DNA of 64,000 bases from Myxococcota bacterium (GTDB lineage Bacteria > Myxococcota_A > UBA9160 > UBA6930). The DNA lies in NCBI GenBank assembly GCA_965223415.1, contig OZ245002.1, positions 4,320,001-4,384,000 of the forward strand, read 5' to 3'. The translations under genes and the position numbers were made by a program. The notes beneath the pieces are model-generated. The model searched no databases. It was given only the letters and a program-made list of their open reading frames with translations, and was not told the origin of the DNA. Shown one piece after another: positions 9,276-18,222 of this stretch (positions within the stretch are counted from its first letter, which is position 1; each line of letters starts with the position of its first letter).

Positions 9276-10466
9276 ATGATCCTGGACATCTTCTCCGAGC
9301 TCCAGAAAGCCAAGCCCTGGCCGCCCAACCACGAGAAGGCCATCCTCGACGAGGCCATCGAGCAGGCCCGTCTGGCGGATGAGCTGGGCTACGGCTGCTG
9401 GTGGAACGTCGAGCACCACGGCGCCGTCGAGTTCAGCTACAGCTCGGCGCCGGAGATGATCCCGGTGCTGCTCTCCCAGCACACCGAGCGCCTGCGCTTC
9501 GGCCACTCGGGCATCCTCGCGCCCTTCAACATCAACCATCCGGTGCGGGTGGCGGAGCGCGCCGCCTTCGTCGACCTGGTGAGCGGTGGCCGTCTCGAGC
9601 TGGGCCTCGCCCGCTCCGGCGGCACCGAGTGGGACACCTTCGAGGTGGACCCGGAGACCTCGCGAGAGCAGCTGCGCGAGGCGCTCCACATGATCCCGAA
9701 GATGTGGACCGAGGCCTCCTTCAAGTGGGAGGGCCGCTTCTGCCGCGTGCCCGAGCGCGAGATCGTGCCGAAGCCCCTCCAGAAGCCCCATCCGCCCCTG
9801 TGGCAGACCTGCACCAGCCCCGAATCCTTCGAGATGGCTGGCGAGCTCGGCGTGGGCGCCCTCGCGACGACCCTGCTCTCGCCCCTGGACAGCCTGAAGG
9901 AGCTCTTCGCCCACTACCGGCGGGGCCAGGAACGCTGCCGGCCCTGCAGCCAGGTCGTGAACGAGCAGCGCTCGGTCTTCACCTTCGTCCACTGCGCCGA
10001 GAGCCGCGAGGACGCCATCGAGAGCCGCGCCGGCGAGGCGGCCCTGTGGTTCGTGAACGCGGCACCCCGGGTCTTCCAGGTGCCGCGCTCGATCTGGATC
10101 GATGCCATCCGCGGCCAGCTCCAGGCGAACGATCCCGCCGCCACCCGCGCCCTGGACGCCCCGGAGGAGACGCCGCGGGACGACGACCTGGACGACCCGG
10201 TGCCGGTGATCCGTCTGCTCAACCGCCAGCGGGCCGGCCAGGCTCTCGATCCCGAGGAGGTCTACGAGGTGCTCGACGCGGTCGAGTCGGTGATCATCGG
10301 CGACCCGGAGACCTGCCAGCGCAAGATGGAACGCTATGCGGCCCTCGGCGCCGACCGGCTGATGTGCCTGATGCAGTTCGGCGCCCTGTCCCAGGAGCGC
10401 ATCCTCGGCAGCATCCGCCGGGTCGGCGAGGAGCTGCTGCCCACCCTTCGGGAGGTCTCGGCATGA
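9276..10466 (+). CDS. LLM-class flavin-dependent monooxygenase (luciferase-like)
   Basis: ADELGYGCWWNVEHH, HPVRVAER, PKPLQKPHPP. Confidence 0.9.
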   Translation: MILDIFSELQKAKPWPPNHEKAILDEAIEQARLADELGYGCWWNVEHHGAVEFSYSSAPEMIPVLLSQHTERLRFGHSGILAPFNINHPVRVAERAAFVDLVSGGRLELGLARSGGTEWDTFEVDPETSREQLREALHMIPKMWTEASFKWEGRFCRVPEREIVPKPLQKPHPPLWQTCTSPESFEMAGELGVGALATTLLSPLDSLKELFAHYRRGQERCRPCSQVVNEQRSVFTFVHCAESREDAIESRAGEAALWFVNAAPRVFQVPRSIWIDAIRGQLQANDPAATRALDAPEETPRDDDLDDPVPVIRLLNRQRAGQALDPEEVYEVLDAVESVIIGDPETCQRKMERYAALGADRLMCLMQFGALSQERILGSIRRVGEELLPTLREVSA

Positions 10467-11284
10467 AGGAGCTGAGGGGCAAGGCCGCCGTCGTCACCGG
10501 CGGTGGCAGCGGCATCGGGCGCGGCATCGCCCTCGCGCTCGGCCGCGAAGAGATGAGCGTGATGGTGGCGGACATCGAGGCCGCGAGCGCCGAGGCCGTC
10601 TCGAAAGAGATCGTCGAGTCCGGCGGCCGGGCGCTGGCCACCCGGGTCGACGTCACCTCCGAGGCCTCTCTCGACGAGCTGTGCCAGCGGTCGCTCTCGG
10701 CCCTGGGCGCCGTGCACCTGCTCTCGAACAACGCCGGGGTGCTCGTGCCCATGGAGGCGATGCGCACGAAGACGACGGCGGACTGGGAGTACGTCTTCTC
10801 GGTGAACGTCTTCGGCATCGTGAAGTCCGTACAGGCCTTCCTGCCCGGGATGCTCGAGCAGGGCGAGGGCCACGTGGTCAACACCGCCTCGATGGCGGGA
10901 CTCGTCGCGCTCCCGACCCTGCCGATCGGCATCTACACCGCCTCGAAGTACGCCTGCGTCGGCTACACCGAGATGCTGCGCGGCGAGCTCGCGGGCACCG
11001 GCGTGAGCGCCTCGGTGCTCTGCCCGGGCATGGTGAAGTCGAACCTCACCGCCACCTCGGCGCGCAACCGCCCCGACACCTTCGGTGGCCCGGACGCCGT
11101 CCCGGGGGCGACGCCGCCGGACATGGAGGCCCGCATGATGGACGCCGCGGTGGTCGGCGAGATCGTCGTCCGCGGCGTCCGCGAGGACCGGCTGCACCTG
11201 ATCACCCACCCCGAGAGCCGGGCGCTGGTCGAGCAGCGATTCCGCGGACTGCTCGACGACTTCGACGCCGGCGGGCCGCGCTGA
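10463..11284 (+). CDS. SDR oxidoreductase
   Basis: ATG overlaps the upstream stop (ATGA); TGGGSGIG, NNAGV, YTASK. Confidence 0.92.
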   Translation: MKELRGKAAVVTGGGSGIGRGIALALGREEMSVMVADIEAASAEAVSKEIVESGGRALATRVDVTSEASLDELCQRSLSALGAVHLLSNNAGVLVPMEAMRTKTTADWEYVFSVNVFGIVKSVQAFLPGMLEQGEGHVVNTASMAGLVALPTLPIGIYTASKYACVGYTEMLRGELAGTGVSASVLCPGMVKSNLTATSARNRPDTFGGPDAVPGATPPDMEARMMDAAVVGEIVVRGVREDRLHLITHPESRALVEQRFRGLLDDFDAGGPR

Positions 11285-11689
11285 ATGGGCGTCCGCGGCC
11301 TCGACCACGTCGCCATCACGGTGGAGGACGTCGAGCGCACCCTCGCGTTCTACCGCCGGGTGCTCGGCGCCGAGACCCACCTCGAGGACCTGTGGCGCGA
11401 GGGCAAGATCCCCGTCGTGCTCCTCCAGGTGGGCGCGAGCCGGATCAGCGTGCACGACGCCGCCGGACCGGCCAGCCCCCACGCGCGGGTGCCCTCGCCT
11501 GGCAGCGAGGACGTGTGCTTCCGCTGGGACGGCCCGATCGCCGGAGCCGCCGCGCACCTCGAGGCCTGCGACGTCGAGATCGTGGAGGGCCCCGTGCCCC
11601 GGCCCGCCGCCGACGGGACCGCCGGCCAGTCCGTCTACTTCCGCGACCCGGACGGGAACCTGCTCGAGCTGCTCTCCACCGACGGCTGA
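11285..11689 (+). CDS. VOC/glyoxalase family protein
   Basis: LDHVAITV, SVYFRDPDGNLLEL. Confidence 0.9.
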   Translation: MGVRGLDHVAITVEDVERTLAFYRRVLGAETHLEDLWREGKIPVVLLQVGASRISVHDAAGPASPHARVPSPGSEDVCFRWDGPIAGAAAHLEACDVEIVEGPVPRPAADGTAGQSVYFRDPDGNLLELLSTDG

Positions 11690-11693
11690 GGGC

Positions 11694-11744
11694 CATCGCC
11701 CTTTCGTCCGCCGACGGCCGAGGCTCATCGCCCTTTCATCCGCC
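11694..11744. repeat. Intergenic direct repeat, 19 bp, 32-bp period
   Basis: CATCGCCCTTTC(G/A)TCCGCC at 11694-11712 and 11726-11744. Confidence 0.75.
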
Positions 11745-11761
11745 ACCGGTAGCGTCCCTTC

Positions 11762-12820
11762 GTGAAGCGAATCGCCCTCGTCGTGGCGTTGGCCGGACTG
11801 GCCGTCGCCCTGTTGCTCGCGACCCGTCCGCGCGCGGAGGCCCCCGCCCCCGGTCCCCTCTCCCTGCTCGTGGTCGGCGATACGGGCCAGCCGATCTCCG
11901 GCCCCCTCGCGGCCCTGCGTCCCCAGTACCAGGTGGCCCGCTCCCTCGCGGCCGAGGACCGACGGGCGGCCGTACACGGCCTGGTGTTCCTGGGCGACAA
12001 CTTCTACCCGGACGGCCTCGAGGACGACGAGCTCAAGGACCGCCTGCGCACGAACGTCGTCTCGCCCTATTGCCGCTTCCTCGCCTTCACCTCCCGCGGC
12101 CGGGGCAGCCTGGAGGAGAGCTGCGGCGTCGACCCGGAGGATCGCCACCCGGTCCCGCTCTACGCGGTGCTCGGCAACCACGACTACGGCGAGCGCGAGA
12201 GCCCGCAGCTCCAGAAGGAGGTCGTCCCCGCCTATCTCGAGGGCTGGCGCATGCCCGACCAGGTGGACGTCCACGAGCTGCCGGGCGGCGTGAGCCTGAT
12301 CCCCTACCAGTCGATGCCCCTCGTCCGCGGCGAGAACGCGCGGGGCCTCACCCGCGCGCTTCGCCGCTCGAAAGGCCCCTTCCGGATCCTGGCCGCCCAC
12401 CACCCGATCGCCGATCCGGGCAACGGCCACGACGAGAAGTACGGCCGCCGCGTGCGGCAGGCGATCGCGGCGGCGGGCGTCCCCGTCCACCTCTTCCTGG
12501 CCGGCCACGAGCACAACCTCCAGGTGATCGCCGGCGAGGGCACCGACGACGCAGCCCTCCACGTGGTGAGCGGCGCTGGCTCCGACACGCGCAAGGTGCG
12601 GGACACACCGCGGGAGCGGCTCTTCGGCGCCGAGAGCCTGGGGTTCGCCCGGGTGGACCGCCTGGAGGAGGGCGGGGCGCCCCTGCTCCAGGTGACCGTC
12701 TACGAGGTGTCGGGCACGCCGGGTGCTGGCTACGAGGCCGCGGCGCGCTTCCGGGTCGGCCTCGAGGGGGTGAGGCTCCCTGAGGCGGGTCGTTCCGACC
12801 GGAGGTCAGCCGGAGGCTAG
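11762..12820 (+). CDS. Exported metallophosphoesterase (purple acid phosphatase-like)
   Basis: Signal peptide; GDTG, GDNFY, GNHD, HHP, GHEH metal-binding motifs. Confidence 0.88.
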   Translation: MKRIALVVALAGLAVALLLATRPRAEAPAPGPLSLLVVGDTGQPISGPLAALRPQYQVARSLAAEDRRAAVHGLVFLGDNFYPDGLEDDELKDRLRTNVVSPYCRFLAFTSRGRGSLEESCGVDPEDRHPVPLYAVLGNHDYGERESPQLQKEVVPAYLEGWRMPDQVDVHELPGGVSLIPYQSMPLVRGENARGLTRALRRSKGPFRILAAHHPIADPGNGHDEKYGRRVRQAIAAAGVPVHLFLAGHEHNLQVIAGEGTDDAALHVVSGAGSDTRKVRDTPRERLFGAESLGFARVDRLEEGGAPLLQVTVYEVSGTPGAGYEAAARFRVGLEGVRLPEAGRSDRRSAGG

Positions 12821-12829
12821 GCTCGGCCC

Positions 12830-13669
12830 ATGCGAGCGCCTCGTCCGTCCTGGACCGCCCAGCACGTGGCGCTCGCGCGAGCGCATCTGACGTGGCGCGG
12901 GGTCCTCGCCGATCCCTTTGCGCAAACCATGCTGCGTGCGCCCGGGAGGCTCGCCGAGCGCGCGCTTCGGCATCGGCCGCTCGCGCGCAGGGGTCTCAAT
13001 CGGTCGTTCGCTCATCTCGCAGGTCGTACCTGCTACTACGACGACACCGTGGGTCAGGCTCTGAGCAGCGGCGTGTCTCAGGTGGTGGTCCTGGCAGCGG
13101 GCTACGACAGCCGAGCCTGGCGGATGGAGCGGCCGGGAGTCCAGTTCTTCGAGGTCGACCATGCCGCCACCCAGAACGACAAGCGGTCGAGAGCACCCGC
13201 GGGCGGACCGCGCTACGTCGCGGCGGAGATCGGCGCCGACTCGCTCCGTCAGGCGTTGCCTGCCGCCGGCTTCGATCCGAGGGCACCTGCCGTTTTCACG
13301 ATCGAGGGCCTGACGATGTACCTGAGCGAGGCCGTGGTGCGCCAACTGCTCGCGGAGCTGCGAGCCGTGGCGGCCTCCCGGAGTCACCTCATCGTCAATT
13401 TCGGGATCGGCGGCGCTGCGGGCAACTCGGGAAACAGCTTCTCGGCCGTTCGGGCCGTCGCCTCCGCGGGGAGGGAGACCTTCGACTTCGAACTCCTGCC
13501 CGACGAGGCGCCTGCATTCCTCGGCGACACGGGGTGGAGCGTCTCGGAGGTCGTCCGAGGCCCCGCGCTCGCCGGTCGCTACCTCGAAGGGACGGGACTC
13601 CCGATGGACGTGAACCCGCTGGCGTTCGTGGTACACGCAACGCGGGGCCCGCTGCCCGAGGCGCCCTAG
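12830..13669 (+). CDS. SAM-dependent methyltransferase (leucine carboxyl methyltransferase-like)
   Basis: QVVVLAAGYDSRAWR, FEVDH, EGLTMYL. Confidence 0.85.
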   Translation: MRAPRPSWTAQHVALARAHLTWRGVLADPFAQTMLRAPGRLAERALRHRPLARRGLNRSFAHLAGRTCYYDDTVGQALSSGVSQVVVLAAGYDSRAWRMERPGVQFFEVDHAATQNDKRSRAPAGGPRYVAAEIGADSLRQALPAAGFDPRAPAVFTIEGLTMYLSEAVVRQLLAELRAVAASRSHLIVNFGIGGAAGNSGNSFSAVRAVASAGRETFDFELLPDEAPAFLGDTGWSVSEVVRGPALAGRYLEGTGLPMDVNPLAFVVHATRGPLPEAP

Positions 13670-14862
13670 TTCTTCCGCTCGTCCCGCGGCAGCCCCAGCA
13701 GCCGCTCGCCGATGATGTTCCGCTGGATGTTCGATGCGCCGCCGGCGATCGCGCTGCCCAGGGTCATCATGTAGTGGGAGACCCAGAAGCCGTCGGCGTA
13801 CTCGTGGGGGATGCCCATGATCACGTCCTCCTCGCCCGGCGTCTGGAGCCCGCTCTCGGCCATGAGGTCCATCACGAGCTTCGCGACCCGGTGGCCGTTG
13901 TTGGTGGCGAAGAGCTTGGCCATGAGCATCTCGTTCATGGCCTTCGCGTCCTCGTTCTTGTGGATGGCCGAGAGCATGCGCGCCACCGCGTACTCCTGGG
14001 TCACGACGTAGCCCTCGATCCCGGCGAGCCGCTGGCGGACGATGGGGTCGTCGATGCGCCCGGTCTTGCGCGCGAGCTCCACCAGGTTGTCGAAGCTGCG
14101 CCGAGCCCCCGAGGCGTCGCCGATGAGCATGCGCTCGTGCTTCAGGGTGGAGCGGGAGACCTTCCAGCCCTCGCCGCGCTGGCCGACGATGTTCTCGGCG
14201 GGGACGCGCACGTCGTCGAAGAAGACCTCGCAGAACTCGAGGCCCCCGTTCAACATCTTCAGCGGACGGGGATCGACTCCCGCCGTGTCCATGGGGATGA
14301 GCAGGTAGGAGATGCCGGCGTGCTTCGGGGCGTCGGGCTCGGTGCGGAAGAGGCCGAACATCATCTGGGCCTCGGTGGCCTGGCTGGTCCAGATCTTCTG
14401 GCCGTTGATCACCCACTCGTCGCCCACGAGCTCGGCGCGGCTCTTTAGGGAGGCCAGGTCGCTGCCGGCGCCGGGCTCGCTGTAGCCCTGGCACCAGCGC
14501 ATCTCGCCGGCCAGGGTCGGGGCGATGTAGCGCCGGCGCTGGGCCTCGGTGCCGCACTCGAGCAGGGTGGGCACGAGCATGTGGGTGCCCTGCACCGAGC
14601 TGCGGTGGGGCGTGCGCGCCGCGTCCAGCTCCTCGCGGATCACGGTCTCGGCGAGCACGTCCGTCTCGACTCCCGCGCCGCCGTACTCCTTGGGGACGGT
14701 GCGGTAGAGGAAGCCCGCCTCGATGGCGCGCTTGCGGAAGCGCACGGCCTGCTCGGCCTCGGGCAGGCCGGCCTCGTCGCCCCGCGGCGGCCAGGCCTCG
14801 GCGCAGAAGGCGCGGACCTTCTCGCGCAGCTCGTCGTACTCGGCGCCGTAGCGGAGATCCAT
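13666..14862 (-). CDS. Acyl-CoA dehydrogenase
   Basis: MDLRYG start; WCQGYSEPGAGSDLASL, NGQKIWTS, IAGGASNIQRNII. Confidence 0.92.
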   Translation of the reverse strand: MDLRYGAEYDELREKVRAFCAEAWPPRGDEAGLPEAEQAVRFRKRAIEAGFLYRTVPKEYGGAGVETDVLAETVIREELDAARTPHRSSVQGTHMLVPTLLECGTEAQRRRYIAPTLAGEMRWCQGYSEPGAGSDLASLKSRAELVGDEWVINGQKIWTSQATEAQMMFGLFRTEPDAPKHAGISYLLIPMDTAGVDPRPLKMLNGGLEFCEVFFDDVRVPAENIVGQRGEGWKVSRSTLKHERMLIGDASGARRSFDNLVELARKTGRIDDPIVRQRLAGIEGYVVTQEYAVARMLSAIHKNEDAKAMNEMLMAKLFATNNGHRVAKLVMDLMAESGLQTPGEEDVIMGIPHEYADGFWVSHYMMTLGSAIAGGASNIQRNIIGERLLGLPRDERKN

Positions 14863-14879
14863 CCCTGCCAGCCTCCCTT

Positions 14880-15953
14880 CTACCAGTTCCCAAGGGTGGC
14901 GATGCGTTCGCGATGGGTTTCCGGCGTACCCAGGTACTGGCGGTCGAACAGCGCGCGCTTGAACCAGATCTGGGCGTCGCACTCCCAGGTCATGCCGATG
15001 CCTCCATGGATCTCGATCGCCGCGCGGGCCGTGTCCATCACGCGATCGGTGATGTGGGCCTTGGCGAGGGCGGCGGCCCGCGCGCTCTCGGCGGGCAGGT
15101 GGTCGAAGGCGTGGGCGGCGTACCAGTAGAGCCCGCGGGTGGGGTCGACGTCGAGGGCCATGTCGGCGAGCTGGTGCTTCACGGCCTGGAAGCTGCCGAT
15201 GGCGCGACCGAACTGCTCGCGGGTCGTCGCGTACTCGACCGACATCCGCACCAGGCGATGCCCGGCGCCGAAGGCGTCCGCGGCCAGCAGCACGAGGCCC
15301 GCGTCCCGCAGCCGTTCCCCGGTGCCGGGAGCCAGGGGCTCGGCGGCGGCGCCGTCGAGGGTCAGCTCGAAGAGGCGGCGGCCGCGGTCGAGGGTGTCGG
15401 TCTCGCTCCAGCGCACGCCGTCGGAGGTCGCGTCGACCAGAGCCAGGCGGCCGCCGCGTCCGCCGACCACGACGAGCCCGGCCTCGGGCCCGGCGGGCAC
15501 CAGGGTCTTCACGCCGCGGGCGGCTCCGTCGGCCACGAGGGCGGTCCACCGGGACGGGTCCCAGCCACCGGTCGTCTCGCCCAGGGCCACCGTGCCCAGG
15601 GTGTCGCCGGAGGCGAGCCGGGGTAGCCAGCGCTCTTTCTGGGTCTCGCTGCCACCCTGCACCAACGCCAGGGAGGCGAGGGTGTGGCCCAGGAAGGGCA
15701 CGGGAACGGCGCCGCGCCCCAGCTCCTCCGACACGAGCGCACTCTCGAGCAGCTCGAGCCCGGCGCCGCCGTAGCTCTCGGGAATCAACAGGCCGCCGAG
15801 ACCCATCTCGAGCAGGCCCTTCCAAAGGGCCGGGTCGGAGCCGCTGTCGCCGTCGAAGACCTCCCGCACCTTCGGAGCGGGGCACTCGTTCTCGGCAAAG
15901 CTGCGGACCGTCTCCTGGAGGAGCTCCTGCTCCTCGGACAGCGCGAAATCCAT
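14880..15953 (-). CDS. Acyl-CoA dehydrogenase (shorter partner of a tandem pair)
   Basis: MDFALSEEQELL, REQFGRAIGSFQAVKH, HGGIGMTWE. Confidence 0.9.
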   Translation of the reverse strand: MDFALSEEQELLQETVRSFAENECPAPKVREVFDGDSGSDPALWKGLLEMGLGGLLIPESYGGAGLELLESALVSEELGRGAVPVPFLGHTLASLALVQGGSETQKERWLPRLASGDTLGTVALGETTGGWDPSRWTALVADGAARGVKTLVPAGPEAGLVVVGGRGGRLALVDATSDGVRWSETDTLDRGRRLFELTLDGAAAEPLAPGTGERLRDAGLVLLAADAFGAGHRLVRMSVEYATTREQFGRAIGSFQAVKHQLADMALDVDPTRGLYWYAAHAFDHLPAESARAAALAKAHITDRVMDTARAAIEIHGGIGMTWECDAQIWFKRALFDRQYLGTPETHRERIATLGNW

Positions 15954-16002
15954 GAAGCCTCTCCGACCCCCGCCGTTGCCCGGCGTCGGGCGCGGACCTA
16001 CT

Positions 16003-16024
16003 TTACTGATTCCTTTGTCATTAT
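16003..16024. promoter_or_regulatory. Candidate TetR operator (imperfect palindrome)
   Basis: AT-rich TTACTGATTCCTTTGTCATTAT (TACTGAT-N6-GTCATTA) between the divergent ACAD and tetR genes. Confidence 0.65.
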
Positions 16025-16041
16025 CGAGGGAGCCCCCCGGC

Positions 16042-16647
16042 GTGAGCGCCAGCCCGGAACCCGTCCGCCGCCGCCTGCCGCCCCAACAGCGGCGCGCACA
16101 GCTCCTGGACACGGCCCTCGAGGTGTTCGCCGAGCAGGGTCTCGGCCGGGCGCGGCACGCCGAGATCGCGAAGCGCGCCGGCGTCGCGGTGTCGACGGTG
16201 TTCCTCTACTTCCCGACCCGGGCGGAGCTCGTGCAGGCCGTCCTCGACGAAGTCGACGGCTTCTTCACGGCGCTCTCCGACCGCATTCACGGCATGGACG
16301 CGCCCTGTCGCGACGTCCTTCGCGAGCACGGTCGCGCCTTCATCGCGTCGATCGACTCGCATCCGCACCACGTGCGCATCTGGCTGGACTGGAGCACGAG
16401 CTTCCGAGAGGAGATCTTCGAGGGCTTCCTCGATTTCACCGAGCGGCTGGTGCGAAGCCACGCGCGCACGCTCGCCCGGGGCCAGGTGGCGGGCGACGTG
16501 CGCCGCGACGTCGACCCGGACGCCTGCGCACGGCTCCTGGTGGGCACCGCCCAGATGATCGCGCAGCTCAAGCTCACCCATCCCCACGACGACGCCTGGC
16601 GCCGCTCGGCCGATACCCTGCTCGAAGCGGCGGCGCCGCGCCCCTGA
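16042..16647 (+). CDS. TetR family regulator resembling Vibrio LuxR/HapR/SmcR
   Basis: RRAQLLDTALEVFAEQGLGRARHAEIA..VAVSTVFLYFPTR and RIWLDWSTSFREEI. Confidence 0.85.
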   Translation: MSASPEPVRRRLPPQQRRAQLLDTALEVFAEQGLGRARHAEIAKRAGVAVSTVFLYFPTRAELVQAVLDEVDGFFTALSDRIHGMDAPCRDVLREHGRAFIASIDSHPHHVRIWLDWSTSFREEIFEGFLDFTERLVRSHARTLARGQVAGDVRRDVDPDACARLLVGTAQMIAQLKLTHPHDDAWRRSADTLLEAAAPRP

Positions 16648-16661
16648 CCCGAGGAGCATCC

Positions 16662-17678
16662 GTGTCCGACCGAACGAACCGACGCCATGTGCTCGCCCAG
16701 CGCCCCCGCGGCGAGGTGGGCGACGAGTGCTTCCGCTTCGAGGAGACGGAGGTGCCCGCCCTCGCGGAAGGCGAGGCGCTGGTGCGGACCCTCTACGTCT
16801 CCCTCGATCCGACCATCCGCGGCTGGCTCGACGACGCGCCGGGCTACATGCCGCCGGTGCAGATCGGCGAAGTCGTGCGCTCGGGGGGCGTCGGCGAGGT
16901 CGTGGAGAGCCGGAGCGGCCGTTACAAGGTCGGCGATCGCCTGTTCGGCATGCCCGGCTGGCAGGAGCTGGCGGTGGCCGACGAGGGCGGGCGCGGGATG
17001 CAGACGCTTCCGCCCGGCGTGGAGCCCACTGACGCCCTCGGCGTCTTCGGCATCACCGGCATGACCGCCTACTTCGGCATGCTCGAGATCGGCCAGCCGA
17101 ACGACGGCGACACGGTCTTCGTCTCCGGTGCCGCCGGCGCCACGGGCTCGGTGGCGGGGCAGATCGCGAAGATCCAGGGCTGCCGGGTGGTCGGCACCGC
17201 GGGCACCGACGAGAAGTGCCGCTGGGTCACCGACGAGCTCGGCTTCGACGCCTGCATCAACTACCGGACGGAGGACGTGGGCGCCGGCCTGGACGCCGCC
17301 TGTCCCGACGGCATCGACGTCTACTTCGACAACGTCGGCGGCGAGATCCTCCAGCTGGCCCTCGCCCGCCTCAACCAGGGCGCCCGCATCGCGCTCTGCG
17401 GCGGCATCTCCGGCTACAACGCGACGAAGCCCGAGCCCGGGCCGAACAACCTGATGCAGCTCATCCTGAAGCGCGCGCGGATGGAGGGCTTCCTCGTGCT
17501 CGACTACATGCCGCGCTTCCCGGAGGCCATGGCCCGGATGGCGCCCTGGGTCGCGGAGGGCAAGGTCAACAACCGGGTGACCGTCGTGGACGGCCTGGAG
17601 AACACCCCGGGCGCCTTCCGGCAGCTCTTCAGCGGCGGCAACACGGGAAAGCTGCTCGTCCGTGTCGCCGGAGCCTGA
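16662..17678 (+). CDS. NADP-dependent oxidoreductase (prostaglandin reductase/CurA-like MDR)
   Basis: GTG after GAGGAG; SLDPTIRGW, GMTAYFG, SGAAGATGS, DVYFDNVGG. Confidence 0.9.
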   Translation: MSDRTNRRHVLAQRPRGEVGDECFRFEETEVPALAEGEALVRTLYVSLDPTIRGWLDDAPGYMPPVQIGEVVRSGGVGEVVESRSGRYKVGDRLFGMPGWQELAVADEGGRGMQTLPPGVEPTDALGVFGITGMTAYFGMLEIGQPNDGDTVFVSGAAGATGSVAGQIAKIQGCRVVGTAGTDEKCRWVTDELGFDACINYRTEDVGAGLDAACPDGIDVYFDNVGGEILQLALARLNQGARIALCGGISGYNATKPEPGPNNLMQLILKRARMEGFLVLDYMPRFPEAMARMAPWVAEGKVNNRVTVVDGLENTPGAFRQLFSGGNTGKLLVRVAGA

Positions 17679-18222
17679 GCGGCGTGGGCCGATCCGCGTG
17701 GGCGTCTCGACCTGCCTGCTCGGCGAGTCCGTGCGCTACGACGGCGGACACAAGCGGGAGCGCTTCGTCGCCGAGGAGCTGGCCGGAGCCGTCGAGCTGG
17801 TTCCGGTGTGCCCGGAGGTCGAGCTCGGGCTGGGCGTGCCCCGGGAGCCGATCCGGCTCGTCGGGTCGCCGGACGGCCTGCGCCTGGTCGGCGAAGCGAG
17901 CGGGCGGGACCACGGGGAGCGGATGCGGGCGTTCGCCCGGGAACGGGTGCGCCGGCTCGCCGGGCTCGGGCTCTGCGGCTACGTCCTGAAGAGCGGCTCG
18001 CCGAGCTGCGGCCTCGCGGCGGTGCCGGTCTGGGCCGGCGGGCCCGAAGGGGAGGGCGAGCTTCGTCTCGACGGGCGGGGCCTGTTCGCCGCCGCCCTCT
18101 GCGACGGGTTGCCGGACCTGCCGGTGGAGGAGGAGCATCGGCTCCGGGAGCCCGCTCGCCGCGAGCGCTGGCTCGCGCGCGTGCGGGCGTTCCACCGCCG
18201 GGCCCGGGGAGGACATCCGTGA
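17662..18222 (+). CDS. DUF523 family Fe-S protein (2-thiouracil desulfurase-like)
   Basis: VSTCLLGESVRYDG, CPEV..GLGVPRE, LKSGSPSCG. Confidence 0.85.
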   Translation: MSPEPERRGPIRVGVSTCLLGESVRYDGGHKRERFVAEELAGAVELVPVCPEVELGLGVPREPIRLVGSPDGLRLVGEASGRDHGERMRAFARERVRRLAGLGLCGYVLKSGSPSCGLAAVPVWAGGPEGEGELRLDGRGLFAAALCDGLPDLPVEEEHRLREPARRERWLARVRAFHRRARGGHP

